Assembly: GCA_946965045.2 (NCBI GenBank)
Contig: OX337237.1
Location: 2,914,001-2,978,000, forward strand
DNA length: 64,000 nucleotides
DNA from: Epithemia pelagica
Lineage: Eukaryota; Protista; Bacillariophyta
Direction of reading: 5' to 3'
Within the stretch, counting starts at the first letter, position 1. Each line of letters opens with the position of its first letter. This document shows, piece by piece, positions 11,143-21,515 of this stretch. Made by a program: the position numbers and the translations under genes. A model generated the notes under the pieces. It did not search any database. It worked only from the letters and a program-made list of their open reading frames with translations, and was not told the DNA's origin.

Positions 11143-11692
11143 TGCACGGGTTCAATCCTGCTTTGTCGCCCTCCTCGTTGCATCTAAAAACGACCATTGG
11201 TTCATGACGTGCCCAAACAAGCCTATTGGCTTACTCCTTTGTCCTTGTGGAGCGTTGAAAGCGTCCAAACCATTGTCCATGTAATCATTTTTCTTGTTGT
11301 AAATGTATTTCCCTTTTCATGCCCATAATGAAATACGTAATAACTAGGTGTAGGAAGAGACTAGCTAGGCCATCTGGGTCTGGGGCCTAACCTGTCACTC
11401 TCCCCACCGGATTACTCCCGAGATTTCGTGCTTGCCTCTTTTTTATGTGCATGAATCTTCGCACATTCACGAAACCACACGACTCATCCTTCCGCTTGGG
11501 GGTACCCGCCGGATTTGTGTCACGAATGGACATACCCCCCAGCGGGGGTGAGTCATGAGGATTAGTGATTCTGTAAGAAGAATCGTTCATTACGGGTTTA
11601 GGGTTAACGGTCCGTCCTTCCACCCGGTCTTTCTTTTTAAAATGTAAAAGTTTGCGCTAATTGATCCTCGACGATGATGATGAGAGACCAAA

Positions 11693-13201
11693 ATGCACGG
11701 GAGACAGAATGAATTGAGGTCCTTACATTCTATTATGTCGTCCGTACAAGAAGAGACTTCCCGTCGGCTGCGATGGGAAATGCGAGAAAACGGACAATGC
11801 GTGGTGTGCAAAGGAGACATGGATTGGCCGGCAGCGGACTCCGACACGCTGTTTGTGAATCCTGCATACGTGTCGTTGTACTCGGAATGTCTGTCTCTAT
11901 GGGGCGGTGGCATCCAAGCTATATTCGTGAAGGGTACACCGGGTATTGGAAAGTCTTGCTTGCTCGACTATGCCCTTTTTCGATTTCTTATGGAGCAAAA
12001 AACGGTGTTGTTTGCGGATTGTCCCTCCGACTGCATCTATAAGTTCTATCCACCATGAAAAGGTGGCGGCTACGAATTGTTTCAAGGTGTATTTCATGCT
12101 TTGACGAAGCTGGACGTGGCTCGCAGCACAGCCGTAGATGTGGTGCTGTTTGATCCTCACGAGAACGCCATGGAAACGCAGCGTTACACACGGAAGCATT
12201 TTTTTGGAAAGAACATTTTGGTTGCCGTGTCTCCGGATCCGGAGAACTGCAAAAAACTCTTGAAAGCAACAGCGCTAAGTCAGGCAATTCTCTACTTGGG
12301 CACACTTTCGCTTGCAGAAGCGAAGCAAATGCGGAGCACACTCTACACCAATTCGGTCTCGGAAGAGCTATTGACTAGGCGATACACGAACATTGGAGGT
12401 GTTCCGCGGTACCTCTTTTCGAAATTGCTGCCGAATGGCGATGACTCAGCACTCAAGCAAGTAAAACAAAAGCAGGAAAAATCTCTGAGACAAGCTGTAG
12501 ATCAACCACAAGTCATTGATGGTGGCGAAGTGGATGCCGCGTTTAAGCACCTATGGTCTCTTTATTTCCTCCAACCTCTCCGTAACAGTGATGGTACCGT
12601 CGACTATTATCACTACTCGATCGAACTTTGTAGCGAAGATGCCCGGATGAGGCTTCGTGACCGCTTGATGGAAAAAGAAGTCAAATCTTTATGGGCGCTG
12701 TATGACAACACTCTCGATCAAAATGACACTTTGAAGGGAATTCGGTTCGAGGCGTATGCCCACAAGAAAATTCTCGCGGAGGGGGTCACCGGAATCGCGC
12801 AGAGCCTGACGACAACCGGCACCGAATCCGCTACAAGACAGTTCACCATCCCAGCATTATTGCCCAAAATTGTCTTGAAGGACAACAACAACTTTGGTCA
12901 GCCTCTGACGGACGATATTCTTGAGGCACGAAAGAACCCAAGTGGAGGCTACCTGCTGCCACACTTGTCGGATTTCCCGGTCCTCGATTCTGTCTTTACT
13001 TTTACAACCGGTACCGTACCACTTCAGATGACGGCAGGACGAAGCAAAGCACTTTCCGCAACTGCAGAAACTCTGTTTCATGGCTTGGGGTGCTTCGAGC
13101 TATTCTTTGTTGTTCCCGACGATAGAACAATGTCGCGCAAGTTAGTGGGCGGACCGAACCAGCTGAGGCAGTTCCGAATCATTTTGAGGGAAGGTTCTTG
13201 A
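11693..13201 (+). pseudogene. Crinkler/RHS-like P-loop NTPase + REase-fold gene with a single in-frame TGA at 12056-12058
   Basis: Track ORFs 11693..12058 and 12077..13201 are in the same frame (cca cca TGA aaa ggt ggc ggc tac gaa ttg). Motifs: LFVNPAY, VKGTPGIGKS (Walker A), VAVSPD, IGGVPRYL, GIRFEAY, FPVLDS, LQMT. Confidence 0.78.
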
Positions 13202-14407
13202 AAAAAACGTATTTCATTCTCAAGCGCTACGCCAATCCCACACACCGTCCAGCACTTGAACGGCACTTCCCGTAGAACGACTTTGGACAGACGTGCTCCA
13301 GCCAGTATTCATCAAGATCTGTGCATAGTATTATTTCTGCGTTCGTCCCTTTACAGATATTGACTGGGGGATGGCTTAAGTTGAGGAAATGACTTGTCCA
13401 TGTAATGGCGGACTGACTCTTTCATCATCATGGGATGAGCCTTTTCTCTTGTTGATAAAAAATGCACCAAAACTCCCGGTACACCGGGTTTAAAGAATGC
13501 CATTGAGTCTTTGTTGGCAGGGCGACCGTTTAGCTAAATATGTTTAGCAGTTGCGTCACCATAATCTGCACCAATCGATCTCCTGTAGGTTCAAGAGAAA
13601 TCCATCCGTAGTTGTTGTAGATTGTTTTTTTTTTGGTTTTGATCGGCCACCAGGCTAGAGAGGCTATAGTTATTCACTGCCTTATTGTCGAGAGACCCGA
13701 AGAGACAACCTCCGAAAAGACTGACATTTTGTCGTCCTCGTCCTCATTTTGGGCTTCTCCTCTAGATGCTCCCATCTTCCTCGTCTGCCGTATGTACTAA
13801 GTTGGTAGTGGCTTCCACCGACATCGACGTGATGTCCGACACAATAAGATCAAACCTAGCTAGAGACGCGCGAATTGATGACGCAAAAGTGTCTCTCCTC
13901 ATGCATTAAGGAAGGGGTTGATGCAGCAAAGAGAACCAGGCTGTGACATGTGGCTCATCTAGCCAAGGACCCTGTTGTTGATAGCTACTAAAAAGCTGCT
14001 CTAGCAACTCCTAGTCATTGGGAGGAAGCCATCGAGGAAGCTGCACTTGCATTTGTGGAACATGCAGAGACAACAAAGCGCCGGGAAGCACCTAATGGGC
14101 CGGCCAAGGCGGCTCCGAAGTGGCGGCTCTTCACTGTGTCGGCAATGAAAGAGATGGACAATCACTTTGCCCTTCATGAACTAACTGATATAAACTTAAG
14201 GGGGCCGCGAATTAGATGAGCCACATTGCACCGAGCCTACCTAGAGAAGGGCACATTACTAATAGGTGCTGGAGATGCCGGCGAGAGACAGTTCATGGAA
14301 TGGTCTTTTGGGTTTTTTGTGGCAATACGAAGACTGGCCGTAGGAAACAATGGTCGCCAGGCGTCGTTTCCGCGCCTGTCATGCTGAAATCGCCAGCATA
14401 TGCAACT

Positions 14408-14472
14408 GAGCGCGGGGAGACCTCCTCATCACAACAAGGTACTTTGTCACCAAAAAATGCGTTCCAACGTCT
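14408..14472 (+). promoter_or_regulatory. Conserved upstream element of sulfotransferase-like genes (GAGCGCGGGG ... CCAAAAAATGCGTTCCAACGTCT)
   Basis: The 23-mer at 14450-14472 is the exact reverse complement of 34707-34729. Variants at ~45488-45512 and ~53230-53292. Always ~80-170 bp upstream of a type II membrane ORF or relic. Regulatory function is inferred. Confidence 0.55.
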
Positions 14473-14609
14473 CGTCTCTCCCTCTCCATCTCCATATATT
14501 ATGTGATGCGATAATCTCTTCTACCGTCCTTTTGTCTACATGCGACCAAACGAGTGCTTTGGGCCGGTAACCAACAATACAAGCAAAAAGACGCGCCAAC
14601 CACCGAGCC

Positions 14610-16703
14610 ATGTCACGCCGATTGTGGCGAATGGTGACAGGACTCTTGCTGGTTGTGGCAAGCCTCATCTTGTTGCTTGTGAATCTCAGTTGGAGTGTTT
14701 CACAACAACTCGTGGTGTGGACGGATCCAGTGCCGCTACCAGAATGGTCCGTTTTGGAGAACGACAAAGCGCAAGAACCTCGGGGGAAGGCGAACCACAC
14801 CACTACCCATCCACTAACAACCAACACCAGCAGTAATAGCCATGTGGCTTCCGTCAAGCAGGAAACTGCTCCACGGCATCCTTCTCTCCTTAAAGCTCTC
14901 CAGAAACATGGCCGTTCTGCCAATCCTGTCGTGGCAAAAAGAAGTTATCTGGACATTACCAACGATACATCGATTCGGTCCTGGAAGTGCGGCTTGACCC
15001 AAACCCCTCTGATTTTTGTCCATCTGGCCAAGGCCGGAGGTGGTTCCATTCGACGACGGATTGCCTACAGTGCCGTCCAGTATACGCGATCGCTCCATCA
15101 ATGGGGTCAACCCCACTTGGATCAATCCTATTACCCCATTCGACGAAAACGACAACCACCCAATGGTACAGTCCACCCCCATCTCCAGCACGACAAGGAC
15201 AAGGCATATTTTTGCAACAGTGGTCATTATCAATACATGCCCATTCCTCAGCATCGGACCTATGAAGGAACTCGGGTGTGTACGGCCACGACACCTCTCG
15301 GACAAGCCATGGCGTGTCCAGAACCCGAACGACGCTCCACAACAACATCAACATCAACCAGCACATGCTATTCGAACCAGGATCGTGTCGTCTATGTGGG
15401 TCACAATGGTTTTGGTACGGAAGTGCATTGGTTGTCCCAATCCTTTTTGGAATCGTGGTGGAATACCGAGTGGGTCAACCAGCTGCACGAGCACAACACG
15501 AAGAAAGATGCAACCTATTTATCGTTGCAATGGCAACATCGTCATCAATTTGGAGATGCACAGCATTCGCACGGCAACGACGCAGCCTTGCGGCAACGTC
15601 GTCAGGACACGATTGATCAAAGGACCAATCGTTTCTTGTCAGCATTTCCTGCCTTTTCGTCGTTGGGCACCAACACGAATAATACCAGCAGTGTGGGAAA
15701 TCCTCAAATGTCTTCCATACATAGAGGGCGGGCCTATGCCGCCCTGTATGCTTCCGTACCAGTCCTGCGGGTCGTGTTGATGCGGGAACCCTTTGCCTGG
15801 TTGGGATCCAAATTTGCCTGGCATGACTTGTCGCAACGAGGAGGTGTCGTTTGTGATGACATTGCCTATGCCACAGCAGGGGCCGGTCATTTCAATATTT
15901 ATCGAGAATGGAATCAAAGTCAGCTGGTAGAACTTGAACAGCAACAACCAGAGCGACAACCACAGACATACAACAACAACAACAACAACAACAACAACCT
16001 CTCGTCTCCCCACCAAACACAAGCACAGACGGCACCACGGATACGACGACCACGACGACGGGGATGGCAACGAAACCCCAAACCGCCTGGTTTTTCGGGA
16101 TCTTGGGCTCCGGGATGGATGCGACGATATGCCTTGAATCAAGTCTATGATTTATGTGGATCCGATTGTCGTGTACGCCATTTCCAAAATCGTTCCACCC
16201 TGACGGAGATTGTGGCGCAAGCCGAATGGAATTTACGACATTCCTTTGCGGTCGTGGGTATTTTGCCAGATTATCACAAAGAAAACGAACCAGGAGAAGA
16301 GCCTCGTACTCTCCAGTTGTCTAGCAATACAACAAGGTCGGACACACTCACGAATCCACCTCGTCGTCCCAAACCAATAGCAAAGGGTGGTTCCGAACAG
16401 TTTTTGGAACTGTTGGCGCAGCGAATCGACTACTTGGATACGATTGTACAACCTCCAGTGCTTCGTCGGGCACACAATTCGTCCGTGTCCTCCGAGGATG
16501 TAGGACACAGTACGGCCAAGATTCATTCCACGGTGGGACGGGAACAAGCCTGCAAACAACGATTTCGAGACTCCTCCTTTCAACAAGCGGTACTGCAGGC
16601 GTCACCCGAAGTGGCCGCGTTGGTGCACTTGTACAAGGTAGCTGTCCAAGTCAATCAATTCCAACAAGCCGAACTCGAGGCTTGTCGTGCTGGTAATAGT
16701 TGA
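14610..16703 (+). CDS. Type II membrane sulfotransferase-like protein (paralog 2)
   Basis: TM anchor, LIFVHLAKAGGGSIRRRI, VLMREPFAWLGSKFAW; shares FCNSGH and CGxDCRVRH with paralogs; 697 aa. Confidence 0.75.
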   Translation: MSRRLWRMVTGLLLVVASLILLLVNLSWSVSQQLVVWTDPVPLPEWSVLENDKAQEPRGKANHTTTHPLTTNTSSNSHVASVKQETAPRHPSLLKALQKHGRSANPVVAKRSYLDITNDTSIRSWKCGLTQTPLIFVHLAKAGGGSIRRRIAYSAVQYTRSLHQWGQPHLDQSYYPIRRKRQPPNGTVHPHLQHDKDKAYFCNSGHYQYMPIPQHRTYEGTRVCTATTPLGQAMACPEPERRSTTTSTSTSTCYSNQDRVVYVGHNGFGTEVHWLSQSFLESWWNTEWVNQLHEHNTKKDATYLSLQWQHRHQFGDAQHSHGNDAALRQRRQDTIDQRTNRFLSAFPAFSSLGTNTNNTSSVGNPQMSSIHRGRAYAALYASVPVLRVVLMREPFAWLGSKFAWHDLSQRGGVVCDDIAYATAGAGHFNIYREWNQSQLVELEQQQPERQPQTYNNNNNNNNNLSSPHQTQAQTAPRIRRPRRRGWQRNPKPPGFSGSWAPGWMRRYALNQVYDLCGSDCRVRHFQNRSTLTEIVAQAEWNLRHSFAVVGILPDYHKENEPGEEPRTLQLSSNTTRSDTLTNPPRRPKPIAKGGSEQFLELLAQRIDYLDTIVQPPVLRRAHNSSVSSEDVGHSTAKIHSTVGREQACKQRFRDSSFQQAVLQASPEVAALVHLYKVAVQVNQFQQAELEACRAGNS

Positions 16704-17027
16704 CAAACAACAGGATCCCAGAAAGTAGGATAGAAAAGTTCTTGGCAGCATAGGCACTATGGCTTTTGGTCTGGTTTTAGGTTTCAGAACGCGAATCGCA
16801 GGACCCTATTCACTCTCATGTCACAATGATATCAAGTAGGATCGTCTCATTTTAGGTTTCATCCCACTCCAGTTCCATTGGTACAAAACTAGAGGTAGTA
16901 GAGGACAATGCTAGAGATTGAGCTATACTCTTTAGCGATCTATCTATCGCCTTCGAGGGGTAGCTTTTTTCGTCCGTCCATCGTCGATCCTTTTGCAAAA
17001 AAAGACGATTCTGCGAGAGACTATACC

Positions 17028-17929
17028 ATGGCGACGGCAGAACTCAAACCAGGTATGAACCGTCGTCCTCCAACAATCCATCCATGCGAGTATTAGAATG
17101 TGTGTACGTCACACGACGCGACATTGCGAACATGAATGTTCGGCGCTTCGCCCAACGTTTGATTTCATCCTGATGCTGTGTAACGACCACTATGTGCTTC
17201 GATGTTGGTTTTGTTGCTGTTGCCCACTCGCACTTGTATTGTTTTATGGATGGTTTGGAATGGAATTCTCATTTTCATGAATGTTGTTGTTTGTGCAGGT
17301 CAAAAGTTTCCGACTCCCACCCCCGGGTTTGGGGATCGAGTGTTTTATGAAACCTTGTTGCGACAACGTCCCGATTCGGCCATGGCACAGGAATGGTAGG
17401 TTCCATTTTCGTTGGTTTTGGGGGCAAAGAAACGTGTGGTTGTGTGGACCAAACAGTAAAATTGTATGAAAGGGACAGGGGGATTTCATGAAAAGGATTC
17501 AGGAGAGCAGGGTCCCCAGTAATCATAGAGTCCAGCTGTCTCGTTCTCGATCATCTGTTTGGTTCGATCACAGTCGAATATTGGTCCGACCACTCGACAC
17601 GAACCAGTTGGCCGACAACTTCACCAAATCTCACACAGTCTCTTGTGTGCTTTTCACTGTGGGGTAATCTCGTCGTCGTACGTACTACTACTTCGATTTC
17701 TATTTCCAGGTGTGTTTCCTATGGTGTCTTGCCACAAGCCCAAGCCAAACGCTTGAATCAAGTCATTTTGGAACGCAAAAAACAATCCAAATCGTTGGCG
17801 CCCTTGACCAGTCCTTCCAAGAATAAACGAACCGAGGAGCCGGCGCGGTCCAAAAAAGTCAAACGAAGCGCGGAAGAAGACACGAAACCCAAAAAGAAGA
17901 AAAAGAAAGTCAAGTCCGAAGATTCCTAG
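17028..17929 (+). CDS. Small basic conserved protein, 3 exons: join(17028..17052,17299..17395,17710..17929), 113 aa
   Basis: Introns gtatga...gtgcag (17053-17298) and gtaggt...ttccag (17396-17709) splice in frame to MATAELKPGQKFPTPTPGFGDRVFYETLLRQRPDSAMAQEWCVSYGVLPQAQAKRL... with a Lys-rich tail. The PGQK..FYE(S/T)L..Q.P.S.MA.EW pattern is recalled from uncharacterised eukaryotic proteins. Confidence 0.8.
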
Positions 17930-18614
17930 GTATTAGTGATTCCGTTCGATTTGTCACAATCAATGCCGTTGGAGGAATGGAGCGGAAGTAGTGCGCACAA
18001 GGGAAACGACAGACTGTCTGAAATGGCTCTGTGGGGGCATTTCTTTGGGGGGAAAGAATCGAGTAGTTTGCAGGTGTAGGTGGGAATGGAGCAACCAAAC
18101 CACACGACAAAACATGACGACGACGACAAGCATTTTCCAGCTACTTGTTTCCCGGTATAGAATGGTTCGTGGTCGTAGAGGAGGGTCTTGTGTGAATATG
18201 CAGTCCTGTATTGCTGATAAAAGGATGGGAGCATTTGGTCATTGTCCCAACCCGTCTCGAGACGTGGGCGAGCAGTGGTTTGTAGTAGTAAAGCTGCTGT
18301 TGTATAAAGGGGATGCCCTCGCGTCTGTGGTGTTGTGTAGTATAGCTTCTATGGTCTTCTTGGAAGGAAGGAGGCTTTCTTTCTGGAGCTGCCACGTCAA
18401 ATCAAGCAAACGATACCGTGATGGCGCCTAGGTTCTGTTTGGATGTAGGCGTCTGCCATCCCATCCATGTTTTACGGGCGAATGGCGATTGGCCCAGGCA
18501 TCATTTGCCGTTCCAAAAGAGGGGAGCCGCAACGGACGACCGCAGCAAACGTGTGTCTGTGGGAGAGTTGGTGGTTTGGAACTGCCCTCCCTCGTTTCTA
18601 CCCACACCAAAGTG

Positions 18615-20576
18615 TTATGTAATTTTCGTGTCGTCATGGCGGTCCATCGTGGGGAAACAAATGTGATATCCCGTCATTTCGTGGGAGGTATCGGCCACGA
18701 CAATTAGATACGACGGCGAAGGACCATCCAGTGTTGTGGGGTCCTTCTTATTCTTGTCGTTCTTGTCGTCGTCGTCGGGCGGGGATGCCAATGGAAGAAC
18801 GACCAAGTCATTGGGTTTGTGTGCCTCTTGTGGTTGTAGTTGTTGTTGGGATGCATGATCAATAAAACACACCAAGGGTGGCGGTGGTGTCGCTTCCTCC
18901 TCGTCGTCGTTGTCGTCGTCTTGTTGTTGTTGTTGTTGCACAATCCATGGAGCCAAATTCCAGGCTTGAATGGTACCATCGTTGCCCGTCGTCCACAAGA
19001 AGAACCCTTCATCCTCAACATTTCGTCGTGTCGTGAATGGTTCGAACGACGATCCAAAATGCCAAGATCGTGGTCGTGGGGGTGAGGGTGCAAACACGAC
19101 ACGGACAATGGATCCGGCATGTGCCTGTTGCCATCGTCCCATGAGCTGCAAACAATCGTGGTCGTCGTCGTCGTTGTCGTCATCGTCCTGGTGGTTGGGT
19201 GGAGTCGTGGACGATTCGACAAATTCCAAGAGGGCGACGGACCCATCGCCCAATCCTACCGCCAGGTACTGTCCCGTGTTATTCCAGTGCAAGCAATGCA
19301 CGAGGGGAGGATTGCACACTTGGGAGATGGACTCGTCCGACACGATGGTGGCCATGACGTATTGTTGTGGTTGGGGTAATGTGCTGGTGGTGGTATGTTG
19401 TGACGAGTCGTGGTGGGTCTGGTGGTTGTTGCACCACCAGGCATGGACGTGTGCCGTGACATTCCACAAGGATACGGTACAATCGGTTCCACCCGTGGCC
19501 AACCAAATGGGACCGTCCTTCTTTGTGTCGTTGTGCTGGTTTGGGTGGGGTCGAAAGGCGGCACACGTTACCAGGGTTGTGGACTCGGCCAATTCTTGTT
19601 CGTCTGGATCATGATACCAACGAGCCAAGCGTTGAAATGACAATGGTACTGGTGATGGATGGGGTGGTGGTTCTTCTTGTTCTGAGTGGTGTTGGTCGTC
19701 GTCCGGATTCCTCTCGGTTGTTCTTTGACAGCCGTACAAGTGAAGGAGACCGGCATCGTCGGCACTGGCCACCAGAAATCGTTGGGATTGTGATGGTGGG
19801 TCGGACGAGGAACCGGAATGGAACAACTGTGGAGTTTGTGATAACGGGAGGACGGCCAATTGGTTGATTTCGTCCGTGGCGACCGGCACGGAAGAAAACG
19901 ACGAGGAGGGCGTGGCAGTGTGATGTGGCGATTGTTCGTGTGGTGATGGTTCCTTGGCATTGTTGTTGTTGGACGACCACACGCCGAATGGTATTTCTGG
20001 TACCGGCACTGTGACGAGTGGCCCCGTGGCATGGGACAGATCCTGACCCACGATGCAAGCGACGGCTGTGGGAGTGTCGTTGTTGTCATGGTTGTGGTTG
20101 TCATTGTGGTTGTCGTCGTGAGACCCAGAACCACACCACGAGGCTAGCAGGACCGTGACGGGTCGTGCAAAGAGAGACACGGACGACGACGACGACAAGG
20201 ACGACGAAGGGATGACGGTCAAGGCGGTAATGATCCAGGGTGGTTTTTGTGACGACAACGACAATGACCGGAGTCGAAGGCAGGTGGTGGCTCGAACGAC
20301 TCGGTGATTCTTGTTGGTGTTGTTGTTCTGGTTGGTGGAGATCTCCCAGAGTCGTACCGTCCCATCGTCGGATCCGGATACAATCAAAACCTTGTTGTTG
20401 TTGTTGTTGGTCTGATTGTCATTCTCATCCTCATAATGATACGAATACGACTCCAAACACGTGACGGATCCTTGATGACCCGGAAACTTGTAACTGCCCG
20501 CCAAAATGGGGTTCCTCCTGTTGCGAATGGTGTTGTTTGTATGAGTGCTGGATCTCGTTGGGGTGGTGGTCGACAT
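18615..20576 (-). CDS. WD40-repeat protein (WDR53-like)
   Basis: GHQGSVTCL, VSGSDDGTVRLWE, DEINQLAV, SADDAG, LATGGTDCTVSLWN, NPPLVHCL, AVGLGDGSV, TTGNDGTIQAWN. Likely ATG at 20576 (MSTTTP); the track extends to 21020. Confidence 0.8.
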   Translation of the reverse strand: MSTTTPTRSSTHTNNTIRNRRNPILAGSYKFPGHQGSVTCLESYSYHYEDENDNQTNNNNNKVLIVSGSDDGTVRLWEISTNQNNNTNKNHRVVRATTCLRLRSLSLSSQKPPWIITALTVIPSSSLSSSSSVSLFARPVTVLLASWCGSGSHDDNHNDNHNHDNNDTPTAVACIVGQDLSHATGPLVTVPVPEIPFGVWSSNNNNAKEPSPHEQSPHHTATPSSSFSSVPVATDEINQLAVLPLSQTPQLFHSGSSSDPPSQSQRFLVASADDAGLLHLYGCQRTTERNPDDDQHHSEQEEPPPHPSPVPLSFQRLARWYHDPDEQELAESTTLVTCAAFRPHPNQHNDTKKDGPIWLATGGTDCTVSLWNVTAHVHAWWCNNHQTHHDSSQHTTTSTLPQPQQYVMATIVSDESISQVCNPPLVHCLHWNNTGQYLAVGLGDGSVALLEFVESSTTPPNHQDDDDNDDDDHDCLQLMGRWQQAHAGSIVRVVFAPSPPRPRSWHFGSSFEPFTTRRNVEDEGFFLWTTGNDGTIQAWNLAPWIVQQQQQQDDDNDDEEEATPPPPLVCFIDHASQQQLQPQEAHKPNDLVVLPLASPPDDDDKNDKNKKDPTTLDGPSPSYLIVVADTSHEMTGYHICFPTMDRHDDTKIT

Positions 20577-21515
20577 GATGGTGTTGTGTGTGTTGTGTCG
20601 TGTCGTGTTGTGGAGAGCGAGAAAAGGGTGAATGGTGGGGTGCCGCCCTGTTTCTCTTGGTAGTGTGTATTCGGCACGTCCACGTGGGGTCGTCGAACGG
20701 TATCCCGTATCCAGGAGAGGATGGTGGTGTGGTTGTTTGCTGGGTTGGTTGTGTTGGTTGGGTCTTCTCTTCTTCTTCTTCTTCTTCGTCGTCGTCGTCG
20801 TCGTCTTTTTTGTGTTGCGATCTTTGTGGAGGAGGATGTGGGTCCTTTGTGTCGACGGCGGATCGGTCGCGTAAAAAGAGGTCGCACCTGTCAATGGGTC
20901 GCAGATGGGGGTCGCGGATAGATGCTTCCAGCGAGCCGGCCCGTCCCGGGACGGACCGGCGGACAGACATGGCGCAGCTCTCATTGTGCTTGAAACTGAC
21001 AAAACGCACCACACACACACACACAGACAGCACAGTGCCGCGAGAAACCAAACGGAGCGAGGAAGAACACAACCATCATCGTCTTCTTCATTCGTCGTTC
21101 TACTAGAATAGTGTCTCCAAACTTGCGCTGGACATCCATTCTCAACGGCAATCCTCCTCCTCCTCCTCCTCTTCTTCTTCTTCTCGAGAAAAGAAAAAAC
21201 CCCTCAAAACCGACTTTCACTACTTCCAGGAACACAAACAACCGACAGTGGGAGAGAGACAAAAGAGAGACGAGAATTCCTACAGTTTCCCAAAAAGCTC
21301 AAACTCCCACTCTAGCAGCGCGTTTCCAGAAACCACGGGTGGTCCTTGGTTGGAGGTGTTTGGTTTTGTTGGAGGATCTCTGCAGCGCCGTATTGAAAGA
21401 AGAGTCTCTGGTTTTTGTGACAAAAAAAGACCTTGCTTGGAACAGTTGCATTCTGATTCGTTTCCATTGAAACAGTCACAACGCACCACCACGACAACAA
21501 GAACAGTATCACACC

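Noticed and set aside
11594-11605. Telomeric repeat (GGGTTTAGGGTT)
   Set aside because: Only one full TTAGGG unit; expected by chance.
12056-12058. Selenocysteine recoding of the in-frame TGA
   Set aside because: Not in a redox motif, the family is not a known selenoprotein, and no SECIS was recognised; a nonsense mutation or error is simpler.
13400-14400. Decayed gene between the CRN-like gene and ST paralog 2
   Set aside because: Short protein-like frames (HWEEAIEEAALAF..., HRAYLEKGTLLIG...) are broken by stops and show no recognisable family; cannot be supported.
15971-15998. (CAA)n and similar triplet runs as special elements
   Set aside because: Ordinary coding poly-N/Q/T/D tracts, frequent throughout the window.
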